Shown one piece after another: positions 1 through 7,558 of a DNA stretch of 30,661 nucleotides. This stretch comes from Myxococcales bacterium (lineage in GTDB: Bacteria > Desulfobacterota > Binatia > HRBIN30). Below the pieces are notes generated by a model. It saw only the letters and a list, made by a program, of their open reading frames with translations, had not been told where the DNA came from and searched no databases. The stretch lies in NCBI GenBank assembly GCA_037445065.1, contig JBBILD010000029.1:1-30661 (forward strand). The letters run 5' to 3'. The position numbers and the translations under genes are program-made. Every line of letters begins with the position of its first letter. Position 1 is the stretch's first letter.

Positions 1-15
1 GTGCTCTTCCGATCT
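1..15. other. Illumina TruSeq adapter/read-2 primer remnant (technical artefact)
   Basis: The first 15 nt, GTGCTCTTCCGATCT, exactly match the 3' end of the TruSeq sequence GTGACTGGAGTTCAGACGTGTGCTCTTCCGATCT and sit at the very start of the sequence. Confidence 0.85.
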
Positions 16-17
16 CC

Positions 18-707
18 ACAGCCACGACCTCCGCCACGCCCACACCGACCCCGAGCCCAACGGCCACTCTCACGCCCACGCTCACCCCGACCCCCACTCC
101 GCTGGACACCGACGGCGACGGGGTGCCGGACACCGTTGAGGAGGCATGCGCCGAGGGCACGAGCACCAATCCCAACAGCACTGCCCTGCCCGCAGCATCC
201 GGCGGCGGCTGCGTGATCGTCGAGAGCGACTGCAATCAGCACTCCGCTGTAGCCGTGTTCTCGGCAAGCCAACTCGGTGGCGATGCGAGCTTCTCCTATC
301 CCTTTGGCCTGGTGGGCTTTACTCTGCAAGGCTGCCCGGATGGGATCGCGCAGGTCACCCTGACCTTCACTTCTGCGAGCGATCTTTCCTTGCTCACCTT
401 CCGCAAGTTCGGCCCGCTGCCTCCGGGCGCCTCGAATGCCGTGTTCTACACGCTGGCAGAGGAGAACCCGAACGCCAACGTGACCATCTCCGGCAACACG
501 ATCTCTTTCCAGTTGCAGGACGGGCAGCCGGGTGACGACACGGGTGCGGACGGGCTCATTGTGGACCAGGGTGGACCGGCGCGACCGAGTCCGGCAGCGG
601 TGCCGGTGTGGTCCGCACGGGGCCGTGCGCTGGCGGTACTGGCCCTGGCTGCGCTGGGTCTCGGGAGCCTGATCGTGCGGCGCAACCGCACGCTTGCAAG
701 GCGCTAG
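18..707 (+). CDS. 5'-truncated surface protein: Thr/Pro linker, DTDGDGVPD Ca-binding motif, choice-of-anchor U-like domain, IPTL-CTERM-like sorting signal
   Basis: Frame 3 is open from the window start (TATTSATPTPTPSPTATLTPTLTPTPTPLDTDGDGVPD...), so the ORF-track start at 123 is internal. YPFGLVGFTLQGC...FRKFGP...ISGNTISFQLQDGQPGDD...DGLIVDQGGP matches the choice-of-anchor U pattern. The tail AAVPVWSARG + hydrophobic helix + RRNRTLARR is a motif-TM-basic sorting signal. Confidence 0.85.
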   Translation, partial: TATTSATPTPTPSPTATLTPTLTPTPTPLDTDGDGVPDTVEEACAEGTSTNPNSTALPAASGGGCVIVESDCNQHSAVAVFSASQLGGDASFSYPFGLVGFTLQGCPDGIAQVTLTFTSASDLSLLTFRKFGPLPPGASNAVFYTLAEENPNANVTISGNTISFQLQDGQPGDDTGADGLIVDQGGPARPSPAAVPVWSARGRALAVLALAALGLGSLIVRRNRTLARR

Positions 708-896
708 GGAAGCAATAGGGTGCCCACGGAACGTTGCCGTTGCCTTGGGGTTGGGTGGGCACCCGCACGGCCGCTCCTGGCCGAGGCCGGCAGGGCAGGG
801 CGGGCGGCGCACGGCAGAGCTGCGTCGGATGAAATCCCACTATACGCCGACAGCGCAACCGCGGGTGGCAGAGGCAAGACTACTCCGTGCGCCACC

Positions 897-1025
897 GGGC
901 CGGGCCGGCTTGGAGTGTCCGCCGTTCCGGTGTGGGTGGGTACGAGCCGCGGTGTTGCAGTGCTGGTGCTGGCCGCACTGGGGCTGCTCCGGCTTGGTGT
1001 GCGTGGGACCCGTCTGCGACTCTGA
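897..1025 (+). pseudogene. Orphan second copy of the VPVW sorting-signal coding segment (3' remnant of a paralogous surface-protein gene, or tail of the short ORF 720..1025)
   Basis: Translates GPGRLGVSAVPVWVGTSRGVAVLVLAALGLLRLGVRGTRLRL*, which aligns without gaps to GPARPSPAAVPVWSARGRALAVLALAALGLGSLIVRR at 573..707. The upstream part of ORF 720..1025 does not look protein-like and has no signal peptide. Confidence 0.55.
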
Positions 1026-1630
1026 TGCTAGCCTCGCATGCCCGCTCTCCACGCCGCTGCGATCCGTGCCCAAGCCCCGCGAGTGGTCCGGGGGCGCTCC
1101 ACGGGTGTCCGTGGTGCTTGCCGGGACGCTCCAATTCTTGCTGCCTCCGGGGTAAGGCCGCGATCGGCCGGGCGGAGATCCCTGCTCGCTCGTGACCGGG
1201 TAGAGGACTCTGCGATGAATCGGAGGTGAAAGGCGAAAACCGTGTTGCCGTTCCGCGGGCAGGGCTGCGGTCAGGAATGGAATGGGTCCCGCCGAACATG
1301 TGTGCGAGCGGCGAACCGTGTTTAGGCCATCCCGGGGCCCTGACAATAGGGAGACAATCGAGAGCATCGACAACGCACCACCGCGCATCGTAGGGAAGAC
1401 CGACCCGGTGGGCTGGGCATCGCCCGGCGCTCCGACGCCAGAAAACCGTTTGCCCGTGGGGTGGGCGGCGGACGGCACGTGGCGGCTACGCGTGTGGTTT
1501 CCCCTCTGGTCACCTATGGATCGGCTTTTGGGTGGCATGGGACCAGCGCGGCAAAAGGCTTACGCCGGGTTGTTTTCTGTGCGAGGCCGCGCCAAGCAAA
1601 GGCCGTATGTGGCGCGGGGAGTCAGCGCTC

Positions 1631-3298
1631 GTGCAGTTTTGCTTTGCGCAGGCAGAGTGTTTTGTCATACCGCCCGAGGCGCTCGGCCCCGGGGGACTGG
1701 AGCCGGAGTTTGCTGCCCTGCTCGAGCAGCGGCAAACTCTGCCACCTGGATGGGTCGAGCTGTTTTCTCAGGCGTTTCAGATGTACTGGCAGCGCGCCGA
1801 GGAGCTGTATCGGCGCCTTCCTGGTGAGTGGCTACCGCCGCGGGCGTTGCACTGCTGTGTGGTCACCGAGGAGGCGGGCTCGCGCCCGTACTTCCAGCCG
1901 ATTCACAATGCGTCGTGGCTGTTTTACCGGTCGGATTTCGACCCGCGCACGAGCGATCCGGAGTTTGCGGCTTACCTGTTCTTTCACCTCGAGCGGATGG
2001 GCTGGCGGCGAGAAGTGCTGGCCGCGTTCGCGGAGAACCTAGGCTACTTTTTGCTGCGCAGTCCGAGCGAACGGAACCGCTTTATTGCAGCTGCCGAGCG
2101 GTGTACGCGTCCGGACCGCGTGGCCTTTCGCGCGCTGGCGCGCGCGGTGGGCTGGATCGGCAAGGAGGGGGCTCACCCAGAGTTGCGTCCGCGCGCGATC
2201 GTCTTGCCGGTGGCGGAGTGGAGCATCGCGAAGTCGGGTCCGACCTTGCCAGTAACCCGCAGAGGGGAGTGGGAAGAAGTCGTGCGTGAATGGGAACGCA
2301 CTGCCTCGAGTGTCTTCGACCGCTATCTCCGGCGGTACCGTAAACGCACGCGGGGCGCGACCTCGAAGCTCCTCGACTGGCTCGACGAGGTGAGGCCCGA
2401 GGTGGTTCTGTGCGCCGAGCGCGAAGTGTTGTGGCATCCGAGAGCCGGGAAGCCTTCTTCTGCCTTGCGTACGGCCCTGGGGGACTTGCACCCGGAAGTC
2501 GCAGAAAGCTTGCGCCGGGACTGGGAGGTGATTGATCGTCGCTCGCGCGCAGTGCTGGCGCGGGTTTCGCTGGCGGCGGACGGCAAGCTTGCGTGTTCGG
2601 GAATCGAGCCTGGTGGCCTTTGCTGGCTGCACGCAGAGCACGGCTGCATTGCGTACGATTTGCGCGAGCCCGGGATGCTGCGGCTTCACACTCCAGCGCC
2701 TCCCTTCGAGCGTTGGATGCTAGCGGCGCGCGCCGTACACGAGTGGGGCCACTACCTGGCCGAGCAGGGAGTGGTGGGCGTACCGCCCGACCGGCGCGCG
2801 CACTTCGAGCGGCTCGTCCAAGAGCTTGCGGACTTGTGCGAGGAGGTGGTTCGTGCGGCACCGCGCGCGGTGCGCGAGGGGTTGGCCGACGAGATCCAGG
2901 CGTTGATGCAGCAGCACGGCTCGGTGGGCGCCGGTTTGGCACAAGTGGCGCTGGCCCGCTTGCCCGATTACCGCGCAAATGTGTTCGCGCGCAATTTCCT
3001 CAGCGACGAAGAGATGCAAATGTACGTGCGCAGCAACGTGACTTGCTTGCGGCAAAGTATGCGGCCGCGGGCCTTGTTCCAACGGCTCGTCCGCTATGCC
3101 TACGAATACCAGTACCTGCGCTTGCTACGCGATTTGCGCGACCCTCGGGATTATTTTGTGAGCGTCACGGCGTTCCCGCGCGAGTTCTGGGATACGGGAA
3201 TCGTAAGCCAGGAGCGGACACGTGCGCTGTTCGTACACATCGGCGAGATTTGTGACCTGCAACAGATAGACCGCACTCGCGTCTCGCTGGAACAGTGA
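1631..3298 (+). CDS. Hypothetical cytoplasmic protein with an HEXXH zinc-metallopeptidase-like motif
   Basis: Long ORF with GC-biased codon usage. GTG at 1631 follows GGGGAG (1616-1621); the ORF-track start is 1532. Motif AVHEWGH at 2738-2752. No signal peptide or TM segment seen. Confidence 0.75.
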   Translation: MQFCFAQAECFVIPPEALGPGGLEPEFAALLEQRQTLPPGWVELFSQAFQMYWQRAEELYRRLPGEWLPPRALHCCVVTEEAGSRPYFQPIHNASWLFYRSDFDPRTSDPEFAAYLFFHLERMGWRREVLAAFAENLGYFLLRSPSERNRFIAAAERCTRPDRVAFRALARAVGWIGKEGAHPELRPRAIVLPVAEWSIAKSGPTLPVTRRGEWEEVVREWERTASSVFDRYLRRYRKRTRGATSKLLDWLDEVRPEVVLCAEREVLWHPRAGKPSSALRTALGDLHPEVAESLRRDWEVIDRRSRAVLARVSLAADGKLACSGIEPGGLCWLHAEHGCIAYDLREPGMLRLHTPAPPFERWMLAARAVHEWGHYLAEQGVVGVPPDRRAHFERLVQELADLCEEVVRAAPRAVREGLADEIQALMQQHGSVGAGLAQVALARLPDYRANVFARNFLSDEEMQMYVRSNVTCLRQSMRPRALFQRLVRYAYEYQYLRLLRDLRDPRDYFVSVTAFPREFWDTGIVSQERTRALFVHIGEICDLQQIDRTRVSLEQ

Positions 3299-3329
3299 AG
3301 TTGCCGCCGCCCTGCGCGGGCGGCAGCTT
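3299..3329. terminator. GC-rich hairpin between convergent genes
   Basis: AGTTGCCGCC...GGCGGCAGCT inverted repeat lies between the stops at 3298 and 3336. No strong U-tract. Confidence 0.4.
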
Positions 3330-3335
3330 ACGCTC

Positions 3336-4811
3336 TCAGGCCGGGACCAGGATGTCGAGGGGTGAGTAGCGGAAGCCGCCGGAACCCAAGATCGCGTTCG
3401 TAGTGGCAATCGAGAGACCGAGCCAGCGATGCATGACTTCCCCGTAGACGTGACGGAAGTCCACCTGGTACACCATGTTTCCGTTCCGGTCCGGAAGGTG
3501 AAGTTCAGGGTAGGCGCCGTACACACCGCCGGCCACGAAGGGGCCGTTTTCTGCAGCCTCGGCTTTGGTCGGGCCGATGAGGAACATGGGGCTCGCGGTT
3601 CCGTGGTCGGTGCCACTATCGGCGTTGTGGTCGCCGTTCTCCGCGATCCGCCTGCCGAATTCGGTGAAGGTCATGATCAGCGTGTTGCGATGCAGCCCGA
3701 CACTCTCGAGATCGGCCCAGAACGCGGCGATGGCCTTGTCCACTCGGTGGAGCAGTTTGCCGTGGAGTTCGCCCCGGAAGTCTTCGGCGACTTTTTGGTC
3801 TAGCGGCTTTTCCGAGAGTGGAACGTGATTGCCTTGGTCCGAATGGGTGTCGAAACCACCGATGCCGACGCGGAAAATCCGGCATCCGAGCGGCACGTTC
3901 CCAGGTTGCCTGCCGCGCATCAAAGCAAAGACCAAGCGCAGGCCAGTTGCGAGTCCATAGCTTTGCCGCGTGGGGGAGGCGATCGGGTGATCGCTGGCTC
4001 CGTTGATGAGCGCGTTGAGATTCTCCGCTTCTGAAGAGGAAGCGGTGCGGTAATCGTCAATGCGCGAGAGCACGGCTCTCCCAGCGATAGCCCAGTCGCC
4101 TGCGAACGACTCGGAGCCCGACAATAGCTGGTAGACGTTCTGCAAGGTCTGCCGGAACAGCGTCCGCTGGTCACTCTGGCTCGGAGGGATCAGCGCAATC
4201 GGGATCGGCACATCGAGATCGGAGAGGCGCTGCAGGGCAAGGGTCGGGGTGCGCCCAAAGAAGAGCGGTGACAAGCGCGAACTCACGTCTACCGCGGGCA
4301 CGGCGTTTGACTGCCCGAGGCAGAGCTGGTCCAACGAACGGCCCATCCAACCGCCACTCGACAAGCTGAGGGTCGGATCCCCTCGGTACCAGATCAGATT
4401 GGAGACGTCGTGCGAGAGGTTGCCGTTGTCATAGTGGGTGCCGAGCACGACCGCGACGTTGCCTCGGTCGTAAAGGCGCTTGAGGCAGTTCATGTGCGGG
4501 TGCAGGGCCAACTCGCCGTTGTGCAGGGGGTCGTTGCCGATTTGGGTGCTAGCCAGCTCGCTGAGCGGGACGCCGATGTATGGGCGGACCGAGTCGTAGA
4601 TGGTACGGTTCAGGCCGGTGCCGTTGCTCAGCGGAATCACGGTGTTGATGCCGTCGTTGCCCCCATCCAACTGCACGATCACAAGGTTGACCCCTTGCTC
4701 GCAAGCTTCGAGAGCGGCGGCTTCGCGTGCGCGTAGCCACACGGCTGGAAAGGCGGCGCTGGCGGATACGGCCAACGCACTTTTGAGAAACGACCTTCGG
4801 CTGAGTTCCAT
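3336..4811 (-). CDS. DUF1501 family protein with Tat signal peptide (copy 2)
   Basis: N-terminal SRRSFLK twin-arginine motif. Family motifs QLDGGNDGINTVIP, LALHP, SHD, GGFDTHSDQ, TEFGRR..EN, GTDHG, VDFRHVY. GGAGGA RBS. Confidence 0.92.
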   Translation of the reverse strand: MELSRRSFLKSALAVSASAAFPAVWLRAREAAALEACEQGVNLVIVQLDGGNDGINTVIPLSNGTGLNRTIYDSVRPYIGVPLSELASTQIGNDPLHNGELALHPHMNCLKRLYDRGNVAVVLGTHYDNGNLSHDVSNLIWYRGDPTLSLSSGGWMGRSLDQLCLGQSNAVPAVDVSSRLSPLFFGRTPTLALQRLSDLDVPIPIALIPPSQSDQRTLFRQTLQNVYQLLSGSESFAGDWAIAGRAVLSRIDDYRTASSSEAENLNALINGASDHPIASPTRQSYGLATGLRLVFALMRGRQPGNVPLGCRIFRVGIGGFDTHSDQGNHVPLSEKPLDQKVAEDFRGELHGKLLHRVDKAIAAFWADLESVGLHRNTLIMTFTEFGRRIAENGDHNADSGTDHGTASPMFLIGPTKAEAAENGPFVAGGVYGAYPELHLPDRNGNMVYQVDFRHVYGEVMHRWLGLSIATTNAILGSGGFRYSPLDILVPA

Positions 4812-4832
4812 GGTGCTGTCCTCCGCCTTTCT

Positions 4833-6380
4833 TCAGTGCACTTGGTAGTGGGGAAGGCTCAACATGAGCTGAATGAGGGGCGCGACGCGGGTTTCCAGAA
4901 ACGTGCGCTCCAGAGGTCGAATCGGGTCAGCCGGCCCCAAGAATGCGATCAGAGCCTCACGCGTCTCTGTATCCGCTTGAGCCATCCCGAGCAGCCGGAG
5001 CAGCCGGTCCACCACCTGTGCCCGCGTGGTGTCTTGCTTGGAGACAAACTTGTTCGGCCGAATCGGGGAGCTCGAAAGGCTTCCCTTACTGTACCAACAC
5101 AGCCGCTTGGCGAACTCGAGGCGGTTGAGCCAGGTGTGCGAGGTGATCCAGAACCGGTTTCCCTTCCAACTGAATACATCGGGTGGGTCGAAGAGCCGCT
5201 GGCCCATTTGCGCCATCCCGCCGCGGCCTCCGTTCCCGTCGTTGGCGAGTGTAATCAGCGTATCCTCGGTCGTGAAACGGTCTAATTTGAGCCGGCGCCC
5301 GTGCAACATCCGAATGGAGCCGATCACGTACTCCACCGGGCTTTTCACGGTGCGCCCGCGCCCATCGTAAAACTCTTGCCGCAGGAACAACGCGCGCAGC
5401 AGGGCTTTGAGGTTGTAGCCGCTTTGCTGAAACACGTCGGCCAGTTCGTCGATGACCGGGAGGTCGGCGCGCGAGGTGCCGGCATCAACCTCGGGGTCAT
5501 AGGCGTAAAACTTCCAGGCTTTGCGGGCAATGAAGCGGGCCACAGTCGGCCGCCCTTCCGTGTCGCGGTGGTTGAAGATGGCATCGATCAGCCGCCGGTG
5601 TTCGTCGGTTGCTAGCGCCACATCGCTCGAGTTGGCTGGCTCCACATAGCGATTGTTTGGGTTTTGTAGGGGCGTTTCTTCGGGATCGGGAGCGAACAGG
5701 GTTTTCGCGTTGCGATCGTGGCGGCTCATGGTGAAGTAGCCTTCCACCAGGTTGGCGTTCGCGTCCTCGCGAATACGCCAGCCGCTCAGCATCCGCGCCG
5801 CCTCCTTCACGTCGTTTTGCGAGTAGTTTTTCTGCCCAGCGAAGTCGTAAACGCCGAGCGTGAACAGCTCCATCAACTCGCGCGCGTAGTTCTCGTTGGG
5901 CGATGTACGCGTGTTGTACTGGCCATCCAGCCACCACAGCATGGCTGGGTCGATGTTGATTTGTTTGACCAATTCGCGGAAGTCGCCGAGGGCGAACTGG
6001 CGGAAGAGTGCGTTCTGGCGTGCCATGTAGATGGTTTTGTTGACCCGCGAGTAGGCCGTGGCGAAGTGTGTGTGCAGTAAGAGCACGATCTTTTCCAGCA
6101 CGGCGGTACGAGTGTCGAGCATGCGCTGGAGCCACCACGCCTGTAACGATTCGAGACCTGCGCGGGAGGTAAACAGCCCCGGACCCATCGGAGTCGGGGA
6201 CGGAACCGAGATGTTCAGTAGGAAATCCACGGCTGCTTCGGGTTCCATTCGCGACAGTTTGCGCGCCAGCGACGCCTCGCCGTAGCGCTTCGAGTATTTT
6301 CCGTCGTGTCCGAAACCCGCGCGCAGCAACAGATACGCGGCGGTGTCCGGATTCCATTGGCTCGCGTCGATGTTCGGCAT
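4833..6380 (-). CDS. DUF1800 family protein (copy 2)
   Basis: Motifs LLLRAGFG, EKIVLLLHTHFAT, PAMLWWLD, PNENYARELMELFTLGV, YSQNDV, KSPVEY, GQRLFDPPDVFSW, LPHYQVH. ATG at 6380 follows AGGAGG. Confidence 0.92.
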   Translation of the reverse strand: MPNIDASQWNPDTAAYLLLRAGFGHDGKYSKRYGEASLARKLSRMEPEAAVDFLLNISVPSPTPMGPGLFTSRAGLESLQAWWLQRMLDTRTAVLEKIVLLLHTHFATAYSRVNKTIYMARQNALFRQFALGDFRELVKQINIDPAMLWWLDGQYNTRTSPNENYARELMELFTLGVYDFAGQKNYSQNDVKEAARMLSGWRIREDANANLVEGYFTMSRHDRNAKTLFAPDPEETPLQNPNNRYVEPANSSDVALATDEHRRLIDAIFNHRDTEGRPTVARFIARKAWKFYAYDPEVDAGTSRADLPVIDELADVFQQSGYNLKALLRALFLRQEFYDGRGRTVKSPVEYVIGSIRMLHGRRLKLDRFTTEDTLITLANDGNGGRGGMAQMGQRLFDPPDVFSWKGNRFWITSHTWLNRLEFAKRLCWYSKGSLSSSPIRPNKFVSKQDTTRAQVVDRLLRLLGMAQADTETREALIAFLGPADPIRPLERTFLETRVAPLIQLMLSLPHYQVH

Positions 6381-6462
6381 CGTCGTGGCCTCCTGAGCTG
6401 CCAATTCCTTTCTTAGCTGGTGTCAAAAAGGAGCCGACCAAGCAACGACAAAGTCGCGATGG

Positions 6463-7539
6463 TCACTGGCAGGAGTACGGTGAAGAAATGAAACCCATCG
6501 CCGGTGCCCCAGCAAGGATCCAGTCACGAAGCAGGCGGATTTCACCCGCGGTCAGGCGCGGTCTCGCGCGATCGGCGGCGGGGTTGTGGAACGGCATCCG
6601 TAGCCCGTATGCACCGGAACCAAACATGGGCGAGTTCAGTTGCCGGCCGCCAAGAACTTTCCGGTACAGCAGGCTTTGCTCCAAGTTACCGGGCTCGACC
6701 CGCTTGAGTCCGTCCGAAGCTGCGGCAAAGTTGTGCGGGCTCACACCCACTAAGTCCGTGTACGCAGAACGGGCCCCGCAGGAAGGTTTCAGGCACAAGT
6801 CGTGGCTGGGCTCCACCGAGCCGTGGCAGGTGGCCAACGTAGAGCACTTGCGGTCGAAGATGTGCTCTTGGATTTGCTGGAAAGTGCTGGCGATCCCCGA
6901 GCACGGGCTCACTGGTTGCGCGCTCATTGGATCCAGGGGGGGTGTGCAAAGGAGCTTGAACTTGTCACGGTCGCCGAGCTGGCCAGAAGGGCAGCGCCCG
7001 CTGAACAACGGGATCTGGCAAAGAGTCGTTTGCAGGGTGAGGGTGGCGGGCCGATATCGAGGACCGCTGCTGGTAAAGCGAATGGGTAGGGTGACGGTTA
7101 CGGGTTGGAAACCGGATAACTTGTCGGTGTCCGACGACGTCAACGGAAGTTGACCATCAGCGAAGAGTTGGAGCGGCTCGAAGTCAGGAATGTGTTTGGG
7201 GTGGTCGTCGTTACTCGGGCCAGTGTATGGAATGGCAAAGGAGCTGGCGGGAAAGTCACTGGGGGAACAACCCGGAAACGCGGTGGAATTCAAAGCGATC
7301 TGCACACTGAAGCGGCAGCGCCCGAGGGCTGGATCGGCATCCCCGCAGGCGCTGTCTTGATCGGCACAGCGCACGCCCCGTGGGCGCGAAGGCGGGTAGT
7401 TGGGAGACGGAACCGAGTCGAAGGACACCCAACAGTCCGTGGAGGTCGGACCACCGCCCCCGATCACCTGGGCGTGCAGTGCGGCCGCCGCTACCCAGCA
7501 AACGACCAATGAGCAGCACGACACTCGAAGCCAACGCAT
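6463..7539 (-). CDS. Secreted Cys-rich protein with a C-terminal c-type-cytochrome-like domain (CX5CH)
   Basis: ATG at 7539 follows GAGGAGG. Sec signal MRWLRVSCCSLVVCWVAAAALHA. The C-terminal IFDRKCSTLATCHG...RVEPG...SLLYRK...RMP...LRDWILAGA resembles the planctomycete-type cytochrome c domain pattern. Confidence 0.75.
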   Translation of the reverse strand: MRWLRVSCCSLVVCWVAAAALHAQVIGGGGPTSTDCWVSFDSVPSPNYPPSRPRGVRCADQDSACGDADPALGRCRFSVQIALNSTAFPGCSPSDFPASSFAIPYTGPSNDDHPKHIPDFEPLQLFADGQLPLTSSDTDKLSGFQPVTVTLPIRFTSSGPRYRPATLTLQTTLCQIPLFSGRCPSGQLGDRDKFKLLCTPPLDPMSAQPVSPCSGIASTFQQIQEHIFDRKCSTLATCHGSVEPSHDLCLKPSCGARSAYTDLVGVSPHNFAAASDGLKRVEPGNLEQSLLYRKVLGGRQLNSPMFGSGAYGLRMPFHNPAADRARPRLTAGEIRLLRDWILAGAPAMGFISSPYSCQ

Positions 7540-7558
7540 GGTATCCTCCTCGGCCGCG

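Noticed and set aside
705..707. Pyrrolysine or programmed recoding of the TAG
   Set aside because: There are no pyl genes or recoding signal in view, and the upstream protein already ends in a complete sorting tail. It is kept only as a minor alternative in the orphan-tail finding.
573..1025. Diversity-generating retroelement VR/TR pair for the duplicated tail
   Set aside because: Differences are not adenine-specific, nucleotide identity is low, and there is no reverse transcriptase in the window.
1340..1402. Cobalamin riboswitch (AATAGGGA and GGGAAG fragments)
   Set aside because: There is no GCCACTG/B12 box or the other conserved elements in the right order.
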